This document shows, in pieces, positions 30,079-38,845 of a stretch of 64,000 bases of DNA. Positions within the stretch are counted from its first letter, which is position 1. The number at the start of each line of letters is the position of its first letter. Under the pieces are notes generated by a model. That model did no database searches, was not told the origin of the DNA, and was given only the letters and a program-made list of their open reading frames with translations. Source of the stretch: an uncultured Chloroflexia bacterium (GTDB lineage: Bacteria > Chloroflexota > Chloroflexia > Thermomicrobiales > UBA6265); contig CAVRGV010000005.1 of assembly GCA_963720855.1 (NCBI GenBank), positions 260,739 to 324,738 on the forward strand, in the 5' to 3' direction. The position numbers and the translations under genes were made by a program.

Positions 30079-30273
30079 TCAATGCTGCTCTCGGGAATCA
30101 GCTTTGAGCTTGCGAATTGCCCGCGTCACAGCGTCAAACTTTAGCTGGGCCATTTCTTGGGCGAACGCAGCGCAATGGGCGCAGAGCACGAGTTCCGTGC
30201 CGGGGCGATCCATTGACGGCTTACCGCAGACTTTGCATGGCGGCGTAACAGCCGGTTGCTTTGCGTTGGGCAT
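30079..30273 (-). CDS. hypothetical zinc-ribbon protein
   Basis: MPNAKQPAVTPPCKVCGKPSMDRPGTELVLCAHCAAFAQEM.. (CxxC..CxxC). It overlaps the tail of a longer alternative ORF (30141..30635). Confidence 0.35.
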   Translation of the reverse strand: MPNAKQPAVTPPCKVCGKPSMDRPGTELVLCAHCAAFAQEMAQLKFDAVTRAIRKLKADSREQH

Positions 30274-30689
30274 GATCGTTCTTCCTCTGAGAAGACAGGG
30301 GCACACGCTTTTCTAGACCCCGGTCGCTTCTGTAGCGAATATTGCCATCCCGCTCGGCGCGTCTCTGTCGAACGCTCCAGAAGTTCCGAATAGTTCAGGT
30401 CGATCAATGCGGTGGCTGGGCTTTTAAGGAGACGCGCCGCAGCGAAGCACGCCTCAACTATTCTGCAATTCGCTTGAGCGTGACATGCGAGATGGTTGAT
30501 ACATTGGAGGGGTTCTGGGCAAAGCTGGTTATCGCGCTGGCGCGCGATTGCAGGGCACAGTGGCACCTGCTCTACGACCGCTACGGTGACGGCGCGTTGG
30601 CAACCATTTAGCCTTCCACTCCTGTATTCCCCCACTATCCAGGCAAACGTTCAGCGCCTTCGTATCGTCCACACGCTCCCCGCACCTGA

Positions 30690-31523
30690 TCAGCTGACAT
30701 CACGCCGGTGGAAGCTGAGCGCGCCGGCGACCAGCAGCAGCAGCGCATACCCCGCCAGCACCAATGCTCCCTCGACCTGCGTCAGCTTGACCGCGGCGTC
30801 GCCCGTATTCAGGAATTGCGACTCGAGGGCCACCATCCGGTCTCCGGCCAGGAATGGCAGAAAGCGACCGATTTCCGCGGGCAGGACCATCGCCAACAGG
30901 CCTTCGATGAGCAGACCCCAGATCAGGACGCCGGCGATCGCGATGACGCCAGAACGGATCAGCAGGCCCATACCCAATCCAAGCAGGGCCGAGAGCGTTG
31001 TGTAGCCGAGGGCCCAGGGAATGTTCGTCACAATGGTCGAGGTGTCTCCCCATTCCACGCCGGACGCTGCGGCGCCAACGACGCCGGCGGCCACACTCAG
31101 TGTCCCCAGCAGGAGCCCCGCGAGCGCCGCGATGCCAATCTTGGCCAGTACGACGATCCGGCGTGACGGCTGCACGACCAGCATGGCTGACATCGCGCCG
31201 TGCTGCAGATCGGCCGTGAACACCTGCACGCCGACAACGGCCGCGAGCACCGCGACGACCGGGGTCCAGTAGAACCAGGCCGTTTCGACGCTGGAGACGT
31301 CCTCACCCGAAAAGGACGCCATGGCCCAGGAGACGACCAAACCGGCGATTCCCACGATCAGCACCATGACGAGGCTGGATCGTAGCGAGGTCAGCTTGAT
31401 CCATTCGCTGTGGAGCGCTCCGGACAGAGCCCGGAAAGGCTCGTTCCGGCTCCCAACCCGCGGCTCGAGCAATGGACCAGTGACTGAGGCTATCGGCATC
31501 GTATCTTCCGTGGAACGTGACAT
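30690..31523 (-). CDS. ABC-2 type transporter permease
   Basis: 277 aa with six hydrophobic segments, immediately downstream of the ATPase gene. Confidence 0.8.
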   Translation of the reverse strand: MSRSTEDTMPIASVTGPLLEPRVGSRNEPFRALSGALHSEWIKLTSLRSSLVMVLIVGIAGLVVSWAMASFSGEDVSSVETAWFYWTPVVAVLAAVVGVQVFTADLQHGAMSAMLVVQPSRRIVVLAKIGIAALAGLLLGTLSVAAGVVGAAASGVEWGDTSTIVTNIPWALGYTTLSALLGLGMGLLIRSGVIAIAGVLIWGLLIEGLLAMVLPAEIGRFLPFLAGDRMVALESQFLNTGDAAVKLTQVEGALVLAGYALLLLVAGALSFHRRDVS

Positions 31524-31554
31524 GAATCGGCCTTTCGATCAACGTAATGGAGGG

Positions 31555-32472
31555 TCAGGCAGCGATGAACTGTGCTGCGGGGGTGGTGAGGTTCAGTAGG
31601 ATCTCTTCGAGCGACGGTCGAACCTCGGTCAGCTCGTCCAGTTGGACCTGGTGCTCGAATGCCAATCCGGCGATGACCTGACGGGTGGCGCCCCGCACCT
31701 GAATGCGGCCATCAGCGAGCGTCGCCTGCAGGCCGTGTTGGCGAAGCAGCTGGAGCAGATCGGCGGGTTGAGACGTGGAGACCACCACGGTCGAGGATGC
31801 CTGGCCCAGGATCTCGTCCACCGGCGCGGCGGCGATGAGCCGTCCCCCGCCCAGCACGACCAGGTCGTCCACGAAGAGGCCAAGCTCGGCAATCTGGTGG
31901 CTGGAGACCAGCACGGTTCCGCCACCATCGGCGAACGCGCGCAGGAAGCCGCGCAGCCAGCGCATGCCCTCCGGATCGAGCCCGTTGGCAGGCTCGTCGA
32001 GCAGGAGCACGGAGGGATTCCCGAGGAGCGCGCCAGCCAGTGCCAGACGCTGACGCATGCCCAGGGAAAACCCACCGACTCGCTGGTGGGCGACGGATTC
32101 CAGACCGACCATCGCAAGCACTGTCGTCGCCCGTTCGACCGGGATCCCGCCCAGGGCAGCCATGGAGCGCAGGTGCTGCCGGGCAGAGCGGCCCGGGTGC
32201 ATGCAGCGCGGATCGAGCACCGCGCCCACCACGGTGGCTGGGTGCGACAGGTGGGCAAACGGGATTCCGTCGTAGCGCACCGAACCGGAATCGGGCGCAG
32301 ACAAGCCAACCATCATGCGCATGGTCGAGGACTTGCCGGCGCCGTTGGGTCCGACAAAGCCCGTCACGCGCCCGGCCTGTACGTCGAACGAGAGATCCTC
32401 GACGACCAACCGGCCGTCATACCGCTTACTTATTCGATCTACCGAAATCATGCCTACATCCTTCATGTTCAT
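31555..32472 (-). CDS. ABC transporter ATP-binding protein (ABC-2/DrrA-like)
   Basis: Walker A GPNGAGKSS, signature FSLGMRQRLALA, Walker B LLLDEPANGLD. Alternative start at 32451. Confidence 0.9.
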   Translation of the reverse strand: MNMKDVGMISVDRISKRYDGRLVVEDLSFDVQAGRVTGFVGPNGAGKSSTMRMMVGLSAPDSGSVRYDGIPFAHLSHPATVVGAVLDPRCMHPGRSARQHLRSMAALGGIPVERATTVLAMVGLESVAHQRVGGFSLGMRQRLALAGALLGNPSVLLLDEPANGLDPEGMRWLRGFLRAFADGGGTVLVSSHQIAELGLFVDDLVVLGGGRLIAAAPVDEILGQASSTVVVSTSQPADLLQLLRQHGLQATLADGRIQVRGATRQVIAGLAFEHQVQLDELTEVRPSLEEILLNLTTPAAQFIAA

Positions 32473-32509
32473 AAGGTTCGAATCTGACCTGCCGCGCCCG
32501 ATCGACCAT

Positions 32510-33523
32510 TCAGGTTTCTCCAGGCACGATCACCAGCTTTCCGCGCGCCTCGCCAGCCGCGAGGTGGCGCATGGCGGTGGCCGCGTCGGCCAGCGGAAAC
32601 GTCCGTTCGACGATGGGTCTCACCTCACCCTCCTCGATCAACCGCCGGAGTCGTTCGAGATCGGCTCCGTTTTCACTGGAAATCAGCATGACCAGCCGCT
32701 GGGAGACCAACGGATCGAGGGCTTTCGCTCGCAATTGCCGGCCAACGCCCAGCCAGCGATCGCCGGTTTCCGAGCCGACGATGACCAGGGTTCCTTGCCG
32801 GGTGAGCGCCTGGCGCAGGCGGCCAAGCGAGCGCCCCCCGCCGATATCCACGATCAGGTCGTATGGCTCGGTCACCGCCAGGGGATCGGACGTGCGGTAG
32901 TCCACCACGTCGTTGGCGCCCAGCTCTCGCACCAGGTCGACTTTATCGGTGCGACAGACGCCGGTGACGTGGCCACCAGCGGAGCGGGCGATCTGGACCG
33001 CGAAGCTCCCGACCCCGCCCGAAGCGCCCAGGATGAGGACCCGCTGCCCTGGCTGCAGGCGCCCGGCGTCGAGCACGGCCTGGAGGGCGGTCAGTCCAGA
33101 GATCGGAACCGCGGCCGCCTGCGCGAAGGAGAGATCCGCCGGTTTCGCCACCAGCTTGTCGCCCCTGGCCACGCAATATTCCGCAAAGGTTCCCTGGCCA
33201 ATGCCAAACACCTCGTCACCTGGCCGGAACCGGGTGACGTTGCTCCCAACAGCAACCACGACCCCGGCGAGGTCGAGACCCGGCACAGGCTGCTTTGGCC
33301 GGCGCAGACCCAGCGCCAACCGGGCAATCCGGGGTTCACCCGTCATCATGTGCCAGGTACCGCGATCCAACCCGGCGGCATGGACGCGGACGAGCACCTC
33401 ATCGTGGCTGGGAACTGGCAGGTCGAGCTCGGCCAGTTGCAGGACATCGGCGTTTCCGTAGGCGCGATGGACGATGGCGCGCATGCTCGATGGGCTGGAT
33501 TCGGGGAACATCTTCGAGGTCAC
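32510..33523 (-). CDS. NADPH:quinone oxidoreductase / zinc-type alcohol dehydrogenase-like (MDR family)
   Basis: MRAIVHRAYGNADVLQLAELDLP, LILGASGGVGSFAVQIA (Rossmann). The start is uncertain (33523 or 33484). Confidence 0.88.
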   Translation of the reverse strand: MTSKMFPESSPSSMRAIVHRAYGNADVLQLAELDLPVPSHDEVLVRVHAAGLDRGTWHMMTGEPRIARLALGLRRPKQPVPGLDLAGVVVAVGSNVTRFRPGDEVFGIGQGTFAEYCVARGDKLVAKPADLSFAQAAAVPISGLTALQAVLDAGRLQPGQRVLILGASGGVGSFAVQIARSAGGHVTGVCRTDKVDLVRELGANDVVDYRTSDPLAVTEPYDLIVDIGGGRSLGRLRQALTRQGTLVIVGSETGDRWLGVGRQLRAKALDPLVSQRLVMLISSENGADLERLRRLIEEGEVRPIVERTFPLADAATAMRHLAAGEARGKLVIVPGET

Positions 33524-33551
33524 TCCGTCAAACGCGGGGAACGTACTGGAA

Positions 33552-33570
33552 ATTCTTACACCGTAAGAAT
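33552..33570. promoter_or_regulatory. candidate TetR operator 1 (perfect 8-3-8 palindrome)
   Basis: ATTCTTAC-acc-GTAAGAAT in the divergent QOR/TetR intergenic region. Confidence 0.6.
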
Positions 33571-33591
33571 CAACTGCTGCGCCAGACTACT

Positions 33592-33606
33592 TCTTACGTT
33601 GTAAGA
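33592..33606. promoter_or_regulatory. candidate TetR operator 2 (6-3-6 palindrome) inside a minus-strand promoter spacer
   Basis: TCTTAC-gtt-GTAAGA. On the minus strand it lies between CCCCTTGACA (-35) and TAGTCT (-10) of the putative QOR/ABC-2 promoter. Confidence 0.55.
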
Positions 33607-33650
33607 TTGTCAAGGGGAAGCGGTGCTTGCTGCAGAGCGAAAGGAACCAG

Positions 33651-34325
33651 ATGCCGCGCAAGACCGAGATTCGGACGCCGCTCACCCGCGAACGCGCCCT
33701 CTCCGCGGCGATGACCATCGCCGACACCGAAGGGATCGGTGCGCTGACGATGCGGCGCGTTGCCAAAGAACTCGGCGTCGAAGCGATGTCGCTCTACTAC
33801 CACGTGGCCAACAAGGACGATTTACTGGACGGGATGATCGACCTGGTGTTCAGCGAGATCGTGGTGCCGCCACCCGGAGGTGACTGGGTGGACGCGATGC
33901 GGGAACGCGCCTCATCTGCCCGGGCTGCCCTGCTCCGCCATCCGTGGGCCGTGGGCCTGATGGACTCGCGCACCACGCCCGGCCCAGCCATGCTGCGCCA
34001 TCACGAGGAGATGATCGGCCTGCACCGGGCGGCGGGGCTCTCGATGGCGCTCAGCGCCCATATCTACGCGCTGCTCGATGCCTTCGTGTACGGCTTCGTG
34101 ATCCAGGAGGTGGCGCTCCCGTTTCAGGGGGACGAGGCGATACAGGAAGGTGCGGACGAGGTGGCTCAAGTCCTGCCAGTCGAAGCGTTTCCCAACATGC
34201 ACGCGTTCATGGAAGAGCACGTGATGCAGCCGGGATACAGCTTCTCGGCCGAGTTCGATTTTGGACTGGACCTCATTCTGCGCGGCCTCGCGGAGGCAGC
34301 ACGGCAGGAAGGGACCAACCGCTGA
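33651..34325 (+). CDS. TetR/AcrR-family transcriptional regulator
   Basis: ORF 33627..34325 trimmed to ATG 33651. HTH LTMRRVAKELGVEAMSLYYHVANKDDLL. Confidence 0.88.
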   Translation: MPRKTEIRTPLTRERALSAAMTIADTEGIGALTMRRVAKELGVEAMSLYYHVANKDDLLDGMIDLVFSEIVVPPPGGDWVDAMRERASSARAALLRHPWAVGLMDSRTTPGPAMLRHHEEMIGLHRAAGLSMALSAHIYALLDAFVYGFVIQEVALPFQGDEAIQEGADEVAQVLPVEAFPNMHAFMEEHVMQPGYSFSAEFDFGLDLILRGLAEAARQEGTNR

Positions 34326-34383
34326 TTCGATCGCCAGGGACCGTGAGGAGGCGTATGGTCAGAAATTCCGCCTCAAGCACCCC

Positions 34384-34412
34384 TTGACACGAAAGAACAT
34401 ATGTTCTAATAT
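34384..34412 (+). promoter_or_regulatory. sigma70-type promoter B with embedded LexA (Cheo/SOS)-box-like palindrome
   Basis: CCCCTTGACA (-35, 34384-34389) - 17 nt containing AGAACATATGTTCT (GAAC-N4-GTTC at 34395-34406) - TAATAT (-10, 34407-34412). Confidence 0.7.
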
Positions 34413-34418
34413 ATAGGT

Positions 34419-35014
34419 AAGCGGCACATCGGCGGAGAGGGACGCGCCCACGAGATCGGCATCCCTCCGACTCCATCCACGGAGTCGAGCGCACCAATCT
34501 TCACCACGGTGGAGATTCGGCAGCGGTAGATGCGGGCCTGGGCAGTGCCTAACTTTGCCACCCGCCCGGCCCCAGACCGTCACCCCTGGCTCCATTCGCG
34601 GCCTGACCTCAAAAACAGAGAACGCTTTTCGAGCATTTGCACAAACACCCCACCCAGACAGGGCGGAGCTCTACCCTCCTCGTCATCCCGACCATAGCCG
34701 CCGGCCCTCTGCCAGCGCAGGGACCTCCTGTTGCAGAAACACCCGCTCCATCACTGCAGCCAACGCACCTCACCAGGGGTATGAGCCCATGGCTTCAGCC
34801 TTGGGTCCTCACCATGACCCGCCCTTCGAAAAATGCCACACCCGCATCCGACCAGGGCGAAGCCTTGCCAAACATCTGCTCGTATCCATCTGAAGTCTGT
34901 ACATGCTGAAAATTGCCAAGCGATACAAGCGTTCCATTTTGGTTCCTACACGACTATGATCCAGAGACTGACTCTCGTGCTTTCTTGCTGTCGTCCTTGT
35001 GTCTGGAGCGTCTC
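34419..35014 (+). ncRNA. candidate ~600-nt C-rich leader/ncRNA downstream of SOS-box promoter B
   Basis: It starts at AAGCGGCAC. There is no convincing ORF (the track ORFs 34555..34893 and 34637..34909 are Pro/Thr/His-rich with no RBS). It shares GCGGGCCTGGGCAG and the CATGGCTTCAGCCTTGGGTCC block with leader A. Confidence 0.3.
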
Positions 35015-35854
35015 ATGTCGACCAACACCACGATTGCGTCCTATTACACATCCGAAGATGCGCTGGAGCGGATCGATCGGCAGTTGCGCGAGCAGGGGAT
35101 CGATCCCGAGCATCCGACGCTGGAAGCGCTGGCGCCGTATGACAACTTTCATTCGCGCGGATTGGGCGCGACGCTCGATCTGATCGCGCTGGCCGATTTT
35201 CCGGCAGGCGCGCGGGTGCTCGATGTGGGGGGAGGATTGGGCGGGCCGGCGCGGGCGCTGGCGGCGCGGTCCGGCGCGCATGTCACGGTGCTCGATCTGA
35301 CGCCGGCGTTCGTGACGCAGGGGCGGGTGTTGACCGAGCGGCTGGGGATGAGCGATCAGGTCGAGCTCGAAGTGGGCGATGGGACGGCGATGCCCTTTCC
35401 CGATGCCAGTTTCGATGGCGCCTGGACCCAGCACAGCACCATGAATATCGAGAACAAGGAGGCGCTCTACGCCGAGATCCATCGGGTGCTGAAACCGGGT
35501 GGGCGGTTGGTGATGCACGAGGTGATGGGTGGGAACGGCGACCCGATCGACTACCCGGTTCCGTGGGCGGGTGAGGCGGCGTTCAGCTTTTTGCGTCCCG
35601 AGGGGGAGATGCGCGCGTTGATCGGCGCGTCGGGGTTCCGCGAGCTGGCGTGGGAGGACGAAACCGCGAAGGTGCTGTCGTTCATGGATCGCGGACAGGG
35701 CGCGTCTGCCGCCGAGCGGAGCGGCCCCGCGCAGCAACCGCCGGGCCAGATGATTCTGTTCGGGCCTGCCTTTGTCGAGCGGATCCAGAACTTCGGGAAG
35801 AATCTCGGCACCGGGCGGCTGGTGGTGATCCAGGCGTTGTTCGAACGGGAATAG
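35015..35854 (+). CDS. class I SAM-dependent methyltransferase
   Basis: ORF 34913..35854 trimmed to ATG 35015 (GGAG upstream). Motif I VLDVGGGLGGPARALA. Also post-I VLDLTP and GGRLVMHE. Confidence 0.85.
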   Translation: MSTNTTIASYYTSEDALERIDRQLREQGIDPEHPTLEALAPYDNFHSRGLGATLDLIALADFPAGARVLDVGGGLGGPARALAARSGAHVTVLDLTPAFVTQGRVLTERLGMSDQVELEVGDGTAMPFPDASFDGAWTQHSTMNIENKEALYAEIHRVLKPGGRLVMHEVMGGNGDPIDYPVPWAGEAAFSFLRPEGEMRALIGASGFRELAWEDETAKVLSFMDRGQGASAAERSGPAQQPPGQMILFGPAFVERIQNFGKNLGTGRLVVIQALFERE

Positions 35855-36012
35855 GTGGCAGGCAGAGGTATGCCTCGGGTAGCGTGTTTGGGAACAGGGA
35901 GGCGGTCGATGCCGGTATTGAGGTTTCCTCGTCCCACCGTCGAAGCCACCTCTGTTCATGGGTTGCTGGGGCAAGCGTGGGCTGTTTATCTGGCACGAGC
36001 GTGTCGGGACTA

Positions 36013-36682
36013 GTGGACGTCCGCGGCGCGCCGGCACCCAAGCGCCTCTATCGAATTGGGCTGGCTCCCGATCCGCTCGCGTTTGCACCGCCTGCGGTAA
36101 CTGGGACTGGGCGCTTCGACGATCCACAGGGCCGAAAGCGGACGTTGTATGCCGCCGTCGAACGCCGAGCCGCGTTCCTGGAAGCACTCGATGTCTACCG
36201 TCCTGATTTGCTGGCGACCACCGTGCGGGATGACCAGCCTACGATCAACCGAGGCTCCATTCTCCAAACCGGATCGCCCAACGATTCCACCCGGGTTTAT
36301 GGAGCAGTTGCTGGTCTGTTTCCGCGTCGCCGACGGCCAACAGTGGCTGGATCTTCGTGCGATGGAAACCCAAGCTGTTCTGAGCCACGAGCTTGCTCAC
36401 CAGTTCGGTCAGCTCGGACTTGGCCAGGGATTCGTGCTCGGCGATCTCATATCGAATGACAATCGCGTCACGCGGGTGATTGCTGGTTGGGCAAACGACC
36501 ATGCATTCGATGGCATCGCCTATCGATCGAGCCACAATCCATCTTTGACTTGCTGGGCCATCTTCGAAGGGGCGACGCTCGCAACGCACGACGCAGCGCT
36601 CCCTATCAATCCCGATGATCCCGATCTTCATGCAGTTGCGCGGATGTGGAATTTGCAACTTCCGGCACGGTCTCGCGACTAG
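36013..36682 (+). pseudogene. RES-domain protein (toxin-like), one frameshift (~36270)
   Basis: Frame 1 reads LYRIGLAPDPLAFAPPAVTGTGRFDDPQGRKRTLYAAVERRAAFLEAL. Frame 2 (ORF 36149..36682) reads ..VTRVIAGWANDHAFDGIAYRSSHNPSLTCWAIFEG. Confidence 0.7.
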
Positions 36683-36865
36683 CTCGGCCGCAACGAGCGT
36701 CGGTTATTCCTGAGCATAGCTTTCGGGTAGCGCCGACGGGAGAGATTCTTCGCTTCGCTCTGAATGACGAATTGTTTGGGCACCCTGTCGCCAGTAGATG
36801 TGACATTCAGGGTTGGACGAACTCCCCAACAGGACAGGGTCGGTAGCAGCGCCAGGAAGGCGCTA

Positions 36866-37693
36866 CTAGTCGAAGGGTTGTCGTCTTCCTACCCCTCGTG
36901 ATCGGCCATTGGAGTTGTTTCGGGCGTGCCGACGGCGGTTGGCGGTGCTCTCGGACGAGCCGTTTCCGGCGGTTGCCTCGTCCAGCATCTGGGTCATGGT
37001 GGCGATCTCGGCCGATTGGGTGTTGACGACTTGCTGGGCGAAGTTGCGCACGATCTCGTCCTTGCCCAGCTCGAGCTCGGCGTCGGCCATGAGCACGCCG
37101 CCCTGGTGGTGGCGGATCATGAGGCGCAGGAACTGGGCGTTCATCTCGTCCACCGGCAGGGTTTCGAGCGCGGCGATCTCTGAACCGATCGCCATGCCCG
37201 GCATGAGCGGAACTTCCGTGTCCGAACCTGCGCCCGGAGTGGCGGGATGATCTGCAGTGCTCATGTCCATGCTGGCCATGGAGTCGTCGTCCACCAATCC
37301 TTCGGGCGGCGGTGGAAGCGTCATGTCGTAATCGCCCATCCATGCCATGAGCTGCTGATCGCTGGACACCGGGAGTCCCCAGATATCGAGCCAGCCGGTC
37401 ATCATGCCGATCTGGAACTGCTGGGTATCAGCGATATCGCGCGCCATCCGGGCGATATCGGGATCGTCGGTGCGGCGGTAGGCGATATTGGCCATTTGCA
37501 CGGCCTGGGCATGGTGGATGCTCATATCGCGCACGAAGCCGACATCGGCGGAGTCGTTTGCCGGATGGTCGTCGTCCTGCGTGAAGAAGTAGAGCGCGAG
37601 CGCGCCAAACACCAGCGCAAGCAGTCCCAACGCAACGGCGATCCAGGGCGCGACGCCCCATTTCGATGTGCTGGCGGCCTCGTTGTCGGTCAT
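36866..37693 (-). CDS. DUF305-family protein (metal-resistance associated), membrane-anchored
   Basis: TM WIAVALGLLALVFGALALYFF. Two repeats: FVRDMSIHHAQAVQMA and FLRLMIRHHQGGVLMA. Confidence 0.8.
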   Translation of the reverse strand: MTDNEAASTSKWGVAPWIAVALGLLALVFGALALYFFTQDDDHPANDSADVGFVRDMSIHHAQAVQMANIAYRRTDDPDIARMARDIADTQQFQIGMMTGWLDIWGLPVSSDQQLMAWMGDYDMTLPPPPEGLVDDDSMASMDMSTADHPATPGAGSDTEVPLMPGMAIGSEIAALETLPVDEMNAQFLRLMIRHHQGGVLMADAELELGKDEIVRNFAQQVVNTQSAEIATMTQMLDEATAGNGSSESTANRRRHARNNSNGRSRGVGRRQPFD

Positions 37694-37748
37694 CTCGTTT
37701 CCTTTCGGAGCGACTGATGCGCGGAGGCTGAAGTGGGGCTTGCGCCCG

Positions 37749-38774
37749 TTACTTCACACTTGCCGCTACCTGGCTCCTGGTCCCGACCGTCTGGCAGATT
37801 GCCAACCCCTCGTCACTATCCAGCGAGCAGGCGCGGGGGCCGGTGCGGTCGGGATGATACTCCTCCGGTTGCAAGGTGGAGTGGGCGATGCTGAACTCGT
37901 CGGCCAGCACATGACTCGCCTCTTCCAGGATCTCTGGCCACTGCGAACGTTGGTGACTTCCAGATGCGCGCTGGCCGCGACGATGCCGGAGGTGACGGTC
38001 CAGACGTGCAGATCGTGCACGTCGGCGATGCCCGGCAGGCGCTTGAGCGCTGAGCGCACCGCTTGCGGGATCGATGTCTGACGGCGTGGCTTCCAGCAGG
38101 ATATCGACCGCTTCCTTGAGCAGCTTCCAGGCGCTGAAGACGATGAGTCCGCCGATGACCACCGAGAGAATCGGATCGGCTTTGGTCCAGCCGGTGGCCA
38201 TGATGATGAGCGCCGCGACGATGGTGGCGACCGAACCAAGCAGATCGCCGATCACATGCAGGAAGGCACCGCGGGTATTGAGGTCGTGCTGATGTCCGCC
38301 GCCGCGGGAGAGGACCCAGGCGGAGACGATATTGGCGCCGAGACCGGCCACCGCCACGCCGAGCATCAACCCGCTGCGAATCTCCGGCGGGTCGGAAAAG
38401 CGTTGCCAGGCTTCATAGAAGATGTAGAGCGAGAGCAGGAGCAAGATGGCGGCGTTGACCGCGGCCGCCAGGATCTCCGCGCGCATGAACCCGAAGGATC
38501 GGCGCGGGGTGGCGGGCCGCCCGGCCAGCCAGGCGGCGAAGAGGGCGAGCAACAGTGCGCCGGCATCGGTCGCCATATGCCCGGCATCGGCCAGCAGGGC
38601 CAGCGAGTTGGCGGCGATTCCGCCGATGACCTCGACGACAAGAAAGATCGTGGTGATCGCCAGCGCGATGGCGAGCGGCTTGCGCTTGGCGGAGCGATCG
38701 CTCAAGGGCGAGTGGCTATGACTCGCGTCGTGGTCGTGGTTGTCGTTTTGGTCGGGGTGGTTGTGTTCGTCCAT
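37749..38774 (-). pseudogene. cation diffusion facilitator (CzcD/ZitB-like) transporter, two frameshifts (~38085, ~37950)
   Basis: His-rich N-terminus MDEHNHPDQNDNHDHDASHSH. Motifs SLALLADAGHMATD and FLHVIGDLLGS. The C-terminal domain piece VHDLHVWTVTSG is in another frame (ORF 37766..38239). Confidence 0.85.
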
Positions 38775-38845
38775 TACGGGCAATGGTAGTCCAGGAGTTC
38801 CGAAACGGGAGACGCTAGAACAGAGATCTACCCACGATGACGGGC

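Noticed and set aside
30141-30635. Calling either the 164-aa minus ORF or the 89-aa plus ORF (30342..30611) as a gene
   Set aside because: They overlap completely, and neither has a clear RBS or family motif. Composition does not discriminate between them, so I mentioned the region only in the island finding.
32475-32484. tRNA T-loop-like GGTTCGAATC (also at 7987-7997)
   Set aside because: The first sits in a 37-nt intergenic spacer that is too short for a tRNA, and the second is inside a coding region. Neither has a flanking acceptor or anticodon arm.
27779-34427. Inverted promoter copies as terminal inverted repeats of an IS or composite transposon
   Set aside because: There is no transposase or integrase between them. 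Homology extends outward from the repeats rather than stopping at them. I saw no flanking direct repeats.
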